Positions 18,725 through 27,746 of a stretch of 64,000 nucleotides of DNA are shown in pieces. A program made the position numbers and the translations under genes. The notes under the pieces are model-generated. The model ran no database searches. It was not told the origin of the DNA and saw only the letters and a program-made list of their open reading frames with translations. How positions within the stretch are numbered: the stretch's first letter is position 1; every line of letters begins with the position of its first letter. Location of the stretch: contig OZ219815.1 in NCBI GenBank assembly GCA_964291235.2, forward strand, positions 1,152,001 through 1,216,000. Direction: 5' to 3'. Origin of the DNA: Vicinamibacteria bacterium. Its GTDB lineage: Bacteria; Acidobacteriota; Vicinamibacteria; Marinacidobacterales; Marinacidobacteraceae.

Positions 18725-19621
18725 TCAGCCGAACCGGTGCCGCCGCCAGAATGGCCGGACGAACTGGCCCCTCCGGTGAGCTTTCGTGACGAACAAGCCG
18801 GTAACGGCGGCGCAGACGAGGACGGCGACCAGCGAACCCTCCACGCCGAGGGCGCCTCCGGAGAGCAGGTCCGGCCCGCTGAGGCGGGACTGGAGGAGGC
18901 TTCCCACCTCGTGGCCCGAGAGATTGGGTCCGAAGACACCCGCCTGCATGAAGTTCCAACCGAAGTGGATGCCGATCGCCAGCCATAGCCGCCGGGTCAC
19001 GACGTAGGCGGCGCCGAGCAGCATTCCTGCCTCGATTCCGATCGCGGCGGCTCCGTAGAGCGTGGCGTTCGGATTGCCCAGGTGCGCGGCTCCGAAGAAG
19101 ACCACCGTGATCGCGAACGCCGCCCAGGTCCCGAGTCCCTCCTCCACGATCCGGAACAGGACGCCCCGAAAGACCACTTCCTCGATGTAGCCGGACGTCG
19201 CGGCGATGCCGAACGCGCTAAACAGGACGGTCCAGGCGCCGGCGCTCTCGACGTGGTAGTAACCAAGACCGGCGATGACGGCCACGGTCAGACTCAGGCA
19301 GACGGCTCCCACAACGATCCCGGCCACCGTTTCGCGGGGAGCCCCGTCCAGCGCCAACTCGTCCGCGGATCGGTCTTCGATCAGCCGCGTCATACCGCGG
19401 TACACCCAGTGGACGACGAGGATTGAGATCACCACCCGCGCCGCGGTGATCGGCCATCCCCCGCCGAGCAACCGGGACAGGCCGCCGACCGCGATCCCCT
19501 CGAGCCAGAGCGCACCGCCAATCGCAGCCGCGAAGAGGACGATCCGGATCGGCGGAAGTTGGGCGATCCGGGCGAGCAACCCCGGCGGCGGCCGCCCGTA
19601 AGTCGTTGCCGTCCCGACCAT
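18725..19621 (-). CDS. CPBP (CAAX/Abi) intramembrane metalloprotease
   Basis: EEVVFRG, FGAAH, HFGWN motifs and multiple TM segments. Confidence 0.92.
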   Translation of the reverse strand: MVGTATTYGRPPPGLLARIAQLPPIRIVLFAAAIGGALWLEGIAVGGLSRLLGGGWPITAARVVISILVVHWVYRGMTRLIEDRSADELALDGAPRETVAGIVVGAVCLSLTVAVIAGLGYYHVESAGAWTVLFSAFGIAATSGYIEEVVFRGVLFRIVEEGLGTWAAFAITVVFFGAAHLGNPNATLYGAAAIGIEAGMLLGAAYVVTRRLWLAIGIHFGWNFMQAGVFGPNLSGHEVGSLLQSRLSGPDLLSGGALGVEGSLVAVLVCAAVTGLFVTKAHRRGQFVRPFWRRHRFG

Positions 19622-19715
19622 TACGTGATTGTGTCACCTTTGCAATGTGCCAGGAAGGGTACGATCCGTTCCGCCCGCGTCCGATGGTTTCATCGGTCGG
19701 GCAAGGAGGCTCGTC

Positions 19716-20675
19716 ATGCTCCGAAACCTGCTGAAGCTCTCACTGCTGGCTTTCGGGCTGGCCGCTTGTGGCTCCCCGGAGCCCGCTCCGCCGCCGGAGC
19801 CGGAGCCCGAGGTTCCGGCCCGCACCGCGGATCCCTTCCAGCGCGGGCTGACTGAGGCGGACTTCCCCCGCGTTCAGGAGCTCGCGCCGGGCGTGTATTC
19901 CTACGAGCAGCTCCGCGCCGCCGGCGAGGAACTCTTCACCACGGTGAGCATGTTCGTGGTGACCGACGAGGGGGTGCTCGTCGCGGACGGGCAGGGCAAC
20001 TTCGAGGAGACCGCCCGGATGGTCGAAGAGATCGGCAAGCTCACCGACCAGCCGATCACCCACGTGGTGATCGCTTCCGACCATGGAGATCACACCGCGG
20101 GGAACGGCGCGTTCCCCGAGGGCGTCGAGTACATCGTGCACGAGAACTCGGTGGCGGCGATGGAGCGGAACCGGGAGCGGATCCCGGAGATCCCGATGCC
20201 GGAAACGGTGATCTCCGACCGCCTGGATCTGACGCTCGGCGGGCGCGCGATCGAGGTGTTGTTCCTCGGCCGCGCCCACACCGGCGGCGACCTGGTGGTC
20301 CACCTGCCGGAGGAGAGCGTGCTCTTCCTGACCGAGGCCTATCTCCACCGGGTGTATCCGGCGATGCGGTCGGCGTACCCGACCGAGTGGGTGGCGATGC
20401 TGCGCCGGGCCCAGGAGATGAACGCCCGGGTGAACGTGCCGGGGCACGGCTTCGTGGACAGCCCCGAGATGTTGGCGGAGGAGCTACAGGTCGCCATCGA
20501 GGCGCTCGAGACGGTGATCGCCGAGTCCACGCGCCTCCACGAGATGGGTCTCAGTCCCGAGGAGGCCGATGCCGAGGCCGACTTCGGCGATCTCGAGACC
20601 TGGTCGCTCCGGGAGAGTCAGCGGGGAATGGCGCTCCGGCGGGTCTACATGGAGCTGAACGGCGAGCTGCCGTAG
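19716..20675 (+). CDS. MBL-fold metallo-hydrolase lipoprotein (cyclase-like, atypical motif)
   Basis: LAAC lipobox, GVLVAD, SDHGDHTAGN, AHTGGD, PGHG. Confidence 0.85.
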   Translation: MLRNLLKLSLLAFGLAACGSPEPAPPPEPEPEVPARTADPFQRGLTEADFPRVQELAPGVYSYEQLRAAGEELFTTVSMFVVTDEGVLVADGQGNFEETARMVEEIGKLTDQPITHVVIASDHGDHTAGNGAFPEGVEYIVHENSVAAMERNRERIPEIPMPETVISDRLDLTLGGRAIEVLFLGRAHTGGDLVVHLPEESVLFLTEAYLHRVYPAMRSAYPTEWVAMLRRAQEMNARVNVPGHGFVDSPEMLAEELQVAIEALETVIAESTRLHEMGLSPEEADAEADFGDLETWSLRESQRGMALRRVYMELNGELP

Positions 20676-20716
20676 GGGCGAGGCACGACGCATGAACTCC
20701 TTAGAAGTGACATTTA

Positions 20717-20755
20717 TGCTGCCGATTTTGTAGTTGTCCTACCAAATGGGCAGCA
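20717..20755. other. 39-bp imperfect palindrome between convergent genes (terminator or orphan operator)
   Basis: TGCTGCCGATTTTGTAG-TTGTC-CTACCAAATGGGCAGCA; 15 of 17 arm positions pair. Confidence 0.55.
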
Positions 20756-20837
20756 CAAGGCGCTTCCGGCCGTCTTCCTGGGGCGATATCGGAACCGGCC
20801 GGTCGGAGCCTGGGGCGATATCGGTGCCGGCCGGTCT

Positions 20838-23138
20838 TCAGCCTTCGTCCGTCGGCGGCGGGGCTGATTTCCGGGCGTGCACACTCGCCCGGACGATGCG
20901 GATCTCCTCGTAGGAGTACGCGGGGCCCAGGCGGTCGCGGACCGGTCGCAGCGCCTCGGAGCCGGCAGCGAGTAGCGCCGCCCGGATGCGAGCGGCGCGC
21001 TCCGGAGGCGGCAGGCTCGGGGAGAGATCGAGGGCCGCGCCGTCCCGGACCAGGCGTTCGAGGTGTCCGAGCACGGTCTCGACGGTCACCGCCCGGATCT
21101 TCGCGATTTCCGCGACGGAGCGGCCCTCCTCGAGGAGTTCGCGGGTGGTGGCGAGCGTCTGCGTCCGCTTCGCGGGGCCGGGGCTGCGGGGCTTCGCCGG
21201 GGGAAGGAGATCCGTGGCGCGGTCGGACAGGTCCCTGAGCGCGGTGTGTCCGCGCACGGCTTCGAGGAAGGGCGCTCCGTACCGTTCCAGCTTCGCCGGG
21301 CCGAACCCGTGAATGCGGAGCAGGCTGTCCTCGCTCTGCGGGAGGAACGCCGCCATCTCCCGGAGCGTCCGGTCGCCGCATACCTGGAAGGGACGGAGCC
21401 GGTCGCGCTCGGCGAGCCGGCGGCGGAGATCCCGCAGCGCCTCGAACAGATCGGCCTCGATCTCCGGCGGTGGCGGCGTCGCGGCGCCGCCGGGCGCCGA
21501 ATCGGTGGCGGCGGAAGAAGCCGGCGCTCCGGCTCGGCGCGGGTCCGGCGGCGCGGGCCGCGGGCGGGTCAGCGTGATCCGCTCGCGGGCGCCGAGGAAG
21601 CTCCAGCCCGCGGGCGCGATGGAGATCGTCGGAAACTCGCCGGCGGCGCGGAGGAGCAGCCCGCGGTCCACGAGTTGGTCGGCAAAATCGCGGAGGTCCT
21701 CGGCCGCGAACTCGCGGGCGATCCCGTGGACGCTGAGCCGCTCGTGGCCGAACTGGAGCACCTTGCGGCTCCGGGACCCGCGGAGCACCTCGGTCACGTG
21801 GGCCATGCCGAACCGCGCGCCGGTGCGATGGACGGCGGAGAGGATCTTCTGGGCGATCTCGGTGCCGTCGAACTCCGTACCGCCGGCATCCGGATCGAGA
21901 CAGTTGTCGCAGTTGCCGCACCCGTCCCCTCCCTCCGGGGTCCGCTCCCCGAAGTAGTCGAGCAGATGCCGGCGGCGGCAGGTGCGGAGCTGGCAATAGC
22001 CGAGCACCCGGCGCAGCCGGGCGAGCGCGCGGTTTCGTTCCTCCGGGTCCTCGATCTCCCGAATGAACCCCTCCTGGGTGCTGCGGTCCGCGGTCGTGTA
22101 GAAGAGGACACAGTCGCTCGGCTCCCCGTCCCGTCCGGCGCGTCCGGTCTCCTGGTAATAGCCCTCGAGGGACTTCGGCAGGTTGTAGTGGACGATGAGC
22201 CGGATGTCCGGCACGTCAATCCCCATCCCGAAGGCGATCGTCGCCACGATGACGGGGGTCTGCTTGCCGCGGAACCGGTCGTGGGCGTCGCGTCGCTCGT
22301 CGTGTTCGAGCCCGGCGTGGTACGGCAGGGCTTCGATCCCGGCGCCCCGCAGCGCGGCCGCGACGTTCTCCGTCTCCCGGCGGGCCAGGCAGTACACGAT
22401 GGCGGACTCTCCCGCCCGCTCGCGCAGCATGGCGGTCAGCACCGGCAGCGAACGCCGCTTCGGGCGGACCGCGTAGTGGATGTTCGGGCGGTTGAAGCTG
22501 GCGACCAGGAACTCGGGGTCCTCCATCCCCAGCCGGGCGGCGACGTCGGCGCGGACGCGCGGCGTCGCGGTTGCCGTGAGCGCCATGAACGGGGCTTCGG
22601 GAAGCCGCTCGCGCAGCGCGCCCAGGGTCAGGTAGTCGGGTCGGAACTCATGTCCCCACTGTGAGATGCAATGCGCCTCGTCCACCGCGACGAAGCCGAC
22701 TCGCAGACGCCCCAGCAAGCCCGGGAAACCGGATAGCGCAATTCGTTCGGGCGCCACGTAGAGCAGCTTGAGGTCGCCCCGGAGCGTCGCGCCCCGGACC
22801 TCGTTCGACTCCGCCGCGCTCATCGAACTGTTCAGACATCCGGCAGCGATGCCGCGGGCGCGGAGAGCGTCCACTTGGTCCTTCATCAGCGCGATCAGCG
22901 GTGAGACCACCAGCGTGAGCCCGTCGCGGGCGAGCGCCGGAAGCTGGTAGCACAGCGATTTGCCGCCGCCGGTGGGCATGAGCACCACCGTGTCCCGCCC
23001 GGCGAGCGCCGCCCGGATGGCCCGCTCCTGAAGCGGCCGGAAGGCGTCATGGCCGAAGTGCCGCTGGAGGAGGCCGCGGAGCGGGGCGTCGGCGCCCGGG
23101 GCCGGCTCCGCGCCATGGGCCGGAGCGGGGGCGCGCAC
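20838..23138 (-). CDS. recQ: ATP-dependent DNA helicase RecQ (RQC, HRDC, C-terminal HTH)
   Basis: MPTGGGKSLCYQLP, VDEAHCISQWGHEFRP, ATIAFGMGID, YYQETGRAGRDG, Zn-site CRR..CGNCDNC. Start approximate. Confidence 0.95.
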   Translation of the reverse strand: MRAPAPAHGAEPAPGADAPLRGLLQRHFGHDAFRPLQERAIRAALAGRDTVVLMPTGGGKSLCYQLPALARDGLTLVVSPLIALMKDQVDALRARGIAAGCLNSSMSAAESNEVRGATLRGDLKLLYVAPERIALSGFPGLLGRLRVGFVAVDEAHCISQWGHEFRPDYLTLGALRERLPEAPFMALTATATPRVRADVAARLGMEDPEFLVASFNRPNIHYAVRPKRRSLPVLTAMLRERAGESAIVYCLARRETENVAAALRGAGIEALPYHAGLEHDERRDAHDRFRGKQTPVIVATIAFGMGIDVPDIRLIVHYNLPKSLEGYYQETGRAGRDGEPSDCVLFYTTADRSTQEGFIREIEDPEERNRALARLRRVLGYCQLRTCRRRHLLDYFGERTPEGGDGCGNCDNCLDPDAGGTEFDGTEIAQKILSAVHRTGARFGMAHVTEVLRGSRSRKVLQFGHERLSVHGIAREFAAEDLRDFADQLVDRGLLLRAAGEFPTISIAPAGWSFLGARERITLTRPRPAPPDPRRAGAPASSAATDSAPGGAATPPPPEIEADLFEALRDLRRRLAERDRLRPFQVCGDRTLREMAAFLPQSEDSLLRIHGFGPAKLERYGAPFLEAVRGHTALRDLSDRATDLLPPAKPRSPGPAKRTQTLATTRELLEEGRSVAEIAKIRAVTVETVLGHLERLVRDGAALDLSPSLPPPERAARIRAALLAAGSEALRPVRDRLGPAYSYEEIRIVRASVHARKSAPPPTDEG

Positions 23139-23184
23139 GCCGGAATGGTAGGCCGCCGGGCGCAGTCGCCGCGCGGCCCCGCCG

Positions 23185-24402
23185 CTACCCGGCGAGACCC
23201 GCGAGGTCGGCCAGCTTGTAGAGCGAGAGCGCCGTGATCACGGCGACCACCGCGACCCCGACGACGTTCTGGAGCGTCCCGTTCCGGTGCTCGCCCATGA
23301 TCGCGCGGCGGTTCGCCACGATGAGCAGCAGGACGAGCGCCAGTGGCAGCACCACCCCGTTCCCGGCCTGGGCGAAGAGAATGATCTGGTAGGGAGAAGC
23401 TCCGAGGAAGATGCCGCAGAACATGCCGGTGAGGAGGATGAATCCCCACAGCATCCGGAAGCGGCGGTCCTTGAGGTTGGTGCTCCAGCCAAGCGCTCCC
23501 GCGGTGGCGTAGGCCCCGGCGAGCGGGGCGGTAATTGCCGAGGTGAGGCCGGCCGCGAAGAGCCCCATGCCGAAGAAGATCGGGGCCGCCCGCCCCAGGA
23601 GCGGTTCCAACTGGCTGGCCACCGCCGCCGCGTTGGCCGCTTCGGCGCCCTGCCCCAGCAACGGGCTCGCCGCCACCACCACCGCCGCGGTGATGATCCC
23701 GCCGAGGGCCACCGAGCGCAGGGTGTCGCCGCGGGCCTCCCGGATGTTGGCCGCGTTGCGCTCGGCGTCGGGCCAGCGCTCGAGCACGGTGCTGGCGTGG
23801 AGGAAGAGGTTGTAGGAGACCACCGTCGTCCCGATGAGCGCGAGCACCACCGTGAGGGAGCCTTCCGGGATCGTTGGGGTGAAGGCGCCGGCGAGCAGGT
23901 CCCCGATGTCCGGGGCGGTCATGACCGCGACGATCAGGAAGACGATGCTCATCAGGCCGACGAGGACGACCAGCGTGTTCTGGATCGTCTTGTAGGCGCC
24001 GGTGAGCAGCAGCCCGCCGGCGGCGCCGCCGATGGTCGCCACCAGCAACCACTGCGGGGTTCCGGTCAGCAGATTCAGCCCGAGCGAGGCGCCGAGGATG
24101 TTCCCGGTCTGGAACGCCGCGTTGCCGATCAGGATGGTGACCGCGATCAGCCCCAGGATGAGCGTCCGGGCGATCGGGTTCCGGAGGCTCAGGGCGATGG
24201 ACTCGGCGAGGCCGCGCCGGCCCGCCAGGCCCACGCGCGCCGCCGCCTCCTGGAGCGCCGCGGTGGCGATCACCGAGAAGAGGACGGCCCAGAGCAGCGT
24301 GGTCCCGTAACCGGCACCTGCCCGGCTGGCGGTGACGATGGTGCCCGGTCCGATGAAGGCGGCGGTAACCAGGAAACCCGGTCCGGCTTTGAAGCGGCTC
24401 AT
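23185..24402 (-). CDS. Nramp-family divalent metal transporter
   Basis: GPGFLVTAAFIGPGT, IGTTVVSYNLFLH, many TM helices. Confidence 0.88.
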   Translation of the reverse strand: MSRFKAGPGFLVTAAFIGPGTIVTASRAGAGYGTTLLWAVLFSVIATAALQEAAARVGLAGRRGLAESIALSLRNPIARTLILGLIAVTILIGNAAFQTGNILGASLGLNLLTGTPQWLLVATIGGAAGGLLLTGAYKTIQNTLVVLVGLMSIVFLIVAVMTAPDIGDLLAGAFTPTIPEGSLTVVLALIGTTVVSYNLFLHASTVLERWPDAERNAANIREARGDTLRSVALGGIITAAVVVAASPLLGQGAEAANAAAVASQLEPLLGRAAPIFFGMGLFAAGLTSAITAPLAGAYATAGALGWSTNLKDRRFRMLWGFILLTGMFCGIFLGASPYQIILFAQAGNGVVLPLALVLLLIVANRRAIMGEHRNGTLQNVVGVAVVAVITALSLYKLADLAGLAG

Positions 24403-24411
24403 TTTGACCTC

Positions 24412-25962
24412 CTACGCCAGGTCTTCGCGGATCGCGCGAGCGGTGTTGCGCCCCGAAACCCCGTGGAGCCCGCCATAAGGGTATGTCCCCGGCCCCGCGA
24501 GGTAGAGCCCCGGGATGGGCATCCGGTGCCGGGCGAAGCCTGGGACCGGGCGGAGCGAGTAGAACTGGTCGAGCGCGGGCTCGCCCTGATGGAAGCTCCC
24601 CTCGATCAGTCCGAAGCCCCGTTCCAGGGTTCCCGGCGTCAGCACCCGGGACGACTTCACGAGTCCCCGGATCCCCGGGAAGGCGCGCTCCAGCGCGCCG
24701 AGGGTCGCTTCCAGCACCAGGCCCTCGTCGCCGTCCTGGGGGACCGACTGGACCGTCGCCGCCAGGACCGCGCCGTCATGTGCGAGTTCCCGGTCGTGGA
24801 CGGAAGGGAAGGAGGCGAACACCAGGGGCTCGCTGGCGATCTCCCCGTACTTCGCGGCATCGCAGGCCCGTTCGAGATCGAGCACCTCGGCGCCGATCTG
24901 GACGACGCCGCCGAGGCGCGGATCGTCCTCGGGCGCCCCGGCGAAGCGGGGAAGCGAGGAGAGCGCGAGCCCCACCCGCGCCGCCGTCCCCCGGTAGCGG
25001 ATGTTCCGGACCTCGTGGAGGAAGTCGGGCGACAGGTGTCCGGCCCCGACCCAGCCGAGGAGCGTCGTTCCCGGAGCGGCGTCGGAGATAACCACGTCGC
25101 AGCTCACCTCTTGCCCGTCTCCCAGTTCCACTCCGGTGACTCCGCCGCGGCCGGTCACGATGCGGCGGACGCCCCCCGATTCGGATTCGAGATGGACACC
25201 GGCGTCCTGCGCCGCCGCGCGGAGCGCCCGCCCGACTGCCGACGAGCCGCCGCGGGCCGGACGGACCCAGGCGAGGGGATCCGGATCCCCGAACGCGTGG
25301 AAATGGAGGAAGAGGCCGGCGGTTCCCGGCGCCCGGGTGCCGAGGCGGGTGCCGGTCAGGGAGGGGCCGGCGAGCGCCGCCTTGAGCGGCTCGCTCTCGA
25401 ACCAGTCGCCCAGGTAGTCCACGAGCGGCATGGGGAGCGCACGCAGCAGCCCGTTCAACCGTTTCCCGCCGAGCCCGAGCGCCGCGAAGGCGGCGGGGAT
25501 GGCGTCCGGCAGGGTCGCATCGAGTTGCAGCGGCGGCTGTTCCAGCAGCTTCCGCAAGAACCCGGCGAAGGCGCGCAGTTCGGCCATGAACTCCGGGAAG
25601 CGCGCGGCGTCGTTCGCGGAGAGCCCGGCGACGGCAAGCCGCGCCCGCTCGAGATCGCGCGGCAGTGCGAAGCACTCGCCCTCTCGCCCGACGACGGTCA
25701 GCACCGGGTCGGCGGCGACCAGCTCCAGGCCGTGGCGCCCGAGGTCGAGGTCCCGCGCCACCGCGGGATCGAGCGAGGGCAGCGTCTCCGGGAACACCGG
25801 AAGCTGAAACCCGGAGCTGATCTCGACGTTCGCGGCGACCCCGCCGGGTTGTCCGCGCTGGCCAACCGCCAGCACCGAATGCCCGGCCTCGGCGAGATAC
25901 GCCGCCGCGACGAGGGCGTCCGGTCCCCCGCCGATCGCGCAGACGTCGTAGGAATCGCGCAT
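24412..25962 (-). CDS. Phytoene dehydrogenase-like FAD oxidoreductase, degenerate partner
   Basis: YDVCAIGGGPDALVAAAYLA, LERACDAAKYG, GLYLAGPGTYPYGG. Confidence 0.85.
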   Translation of the reverse strand: MRDSYDVCAIGGGPDALVAAAYLAEAGHSVLAVGQRGQPGGVAANVEISSGFQLPVFPETLPSLDPAVARDLDLGRHGLELVAADPVLTVVGREGECFALPRDLERARLAVAGLSANDAARFPEFMAELRAFAGFLRKLLEQPPLQLDATLPDAIPAAFAALGLGGKRLNGLLRALPMPLVDYLGDWFESEPLKAALAGPSLTGTRLGTRAPGTAGLFLHFHAFGDPDPLAWVRPARGGSSAVGRALRAAAQDAGVHLESESGGVRRIVTGRGGVTGVELGDGQEVSCDVVISDAAPGTTLLGWVGAGHLSPDFLHEVRNIRYRGTAARVGLALSSLPRFAGAPEDDPRLGGVVQIGAEVLDLERACDAAKYGEIASEPLVFASFPSVHDRELAHDGAVLAATVQSVPQDGDEGLVLEATLGALERAFPGIRGLVKSSRVLTPGTLERGFGLIEGSFHQGEPALDQFYSLRPVPGFARHRMPIPGLYLAGPGTYPYGGLHGVSGRNTARAIREDLA

Positions 25963-25966
25963 CGGG

Positions 25967-27556
25967 TCAGGCGATCCCGGCCGCGTGCAGCATGGCTTCC
26001 GCGCCCATCTTTCCGGGCACTCCCATCACCCCGCCGCCCGGGTGGGCGCCGGAGCCGCACAGGAAAAGCCCCCGAACGGGGGTGTGGAACTGGGCCCAGC
26101 CCGCCGCCGGGCGCAGGAAGAAGAGCTGGTCGAGTCCCAGTTCGCCCTGAAAGATGTTGCCCTCGCTGAGCCCGGTGCGGCGTTCGATGTCCAGCGGGGT
26201 GAGCACCTGCCGTTCGAGGATGATGTCCGGCAGGTTCGGCGCGTACTCGGCGAGCGTCCGGATCACCGTGTCGCCGAAGGCGTCCCGCTGCGCGTCCCAG
26301 TCGCCGTGCTTGCCGTTCAGGTGGTACGGCGCGTACTGGACGAAGATGGACATCACGTGCTTCCCCGGGGGCGCCATCCCGGGATCGATGAGCGAGGGGA
26401 TCATCACGTCGAGGTAGGGACGCCGCGAGTAGCTTCCGTACTTGGCGTCGTCGTAGGCGCGTTCCAGCGTCGCCCGGTCGGGGCTGATCGAGATGGCCCC
26501 CGCGAGGTGGGGTCCCGGACCCGGCAGCGCGGTGAAATCGGGCAGCGCGTCGAGCGCCAGGTTCACCTTCCCGGAGGAGCCCTGGAACCGGTAGCGCCGG
26601 ATCGCCTCCACGAACTCGCCGGGCAACTCGTCGGAATCGAGCATTCCGAGGAACGTCCGGCGGGGATCCACGCTCGATCCGACCTGGTCGGCGAACACCT
26701 CTTCGCCGCCCTCGAGCACCACCCCGGCCGCCCGTCCGCCGCTGGTCAGGATCCGTTCGACTCCGGCGTTCGTGCGGATCTCCGCTCCGAAGCTCCGGGC
26801 GGCGTTCGCGAGCGTCTCGGCGACCGCGCCCATGCCGCCGCGCTGGAAGCCCCACGACCGTGATGCCCCGTCGATCTCGCCCATGTAGTGGTGGAGCAGG
26901 ACGTACGCCGTGCCCGGAGACGAGATGCCGAGGAACGTCCCGATGATGCCGCTCGCCGCCATGGTGGCCTTGAGGACGTCGGTCTCGAACCAGCGGTCGA
27001 GGTAGTCCCCGGCGCTCGCCGTCATGAGCCGGGCGAGTTCGTGAAAGCGCCGGTCCTCGAGTGCCGAGAAGTGCGACGCGAGGTCCACGAGGCCGCGCAG
27101 TTCCCGGGGGTGGACCGAGCCCACCCGCGGCGGCCGCATCGTGAGCAGATCCCGGATCCCCCGGCCCAGTTGGTGCATCCGGAGCCCGAAGAGTGGATAG
27201 TTGTCGGCGTCCCGGCGCGAGAATTGGAGGAGCGATTCGCGGGTCCGCGCGGGGTCGTGCCAGCGGGTCAGCGCCCGCCCGTCGCGGAGGGGAGTGAAGG
27301 TGCCGTCGAGCGCCTGAAGCTGGAGCCCGTGCCGGGCGAGGTCGAGGTCGTCGATGATCTGCGGCCGCAGCAGGCTCACCACGTAGGAGAACACCGTGAC
27401 CGTGAATCCCGGCAGGATCTCTTCGCTGTAGGTGGCGCCGCCCACCCGCTCGTTCTTCTCGACCAGCAAGACGTTGCGGCCGGCCCGCGCCAGGTAGGCG
27501 GCCGAGATCAGGCCGTTGTGGCCGCCCCCGATGATTACGGCGTCGTAGCGGTTCAA
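25967..27556 (-). CDS. Phytoene dehydrogenase-like (CrtO/PYROXD2-type) FAD oxidoreductase
   Basis: YDAVIIGGGHNGLISAAYLA, GTAYVLLHH, GNIFQGEL, GLFLCGSGAHPGGGVMG. Confidence 0.9.
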   Translation of the reverse strand: MNRYDAVIIGGGHNGLISAAYLARAGRNVLLVEKNERVGGATYSEEILPGFTVTVFSYVVSLLRPQIIDDLDLARHGLQLQALDGTFTPLRDGRALTRWHDPARTRESLLQFSRRDADNYPLFGLRMHQLGRGIRDLLTMRPPRVGSVHPRELRGLVDLASHFSALEDRRFHELARLMTASAGDYLDRWFETDVLKATMAASGIIGTFLGISSPGTAYVLLHHYMGEIDGASRSWGFQRGGMGAVAETLANAARSFGAEIRTNAGVERILTSGGRAAGVVLEGGEEVFADQVGSSVDPRRTFLGMLDSDELPGEFVEAIRRYRFQGSSGKVNLALDALPDFTALPGPGPHLAGAISISPDRATLERAYDDAKYGSYSRRPYLDVMIPSLIDPGMAPPGKHVMSIFVQYAPYHLNGKHGDWDAQRDAFGDTVIRTLAEYAPNLPDIILERQVLTPLDIERRTGLSEGNIFQGELGLDQLFFLRPAAGWAQFHTPVRGLFLCGSGAHPGGGVMGVPGKMGAEAMLHAAGIA

Positions 27557-27746
27557 GGGGTGGTCTGGAGCTCTTGCAAGTTCGGGCGCCGCGGGCGCGA
27601 AGGCCGCGCGATCCTATCCCGGTTTCCGTCTTCGAGACGGTGTTGGCGGGGAGGCAGGCCGATCCTCCCGGGGAAGCGTTCCCGCCGTTCTCTCAGTGAT
27701 ATCAATATTACAGAAATAGATATAATCTGTATACGCATAATCCCGT

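Noticed and set aside
24412-27556. Carotenoid biosynthesis cluster (crtI/crtO)
   Set aside because: No crtB, crtE or crtY nearby; the family is broad, so gene symbols were withheld.
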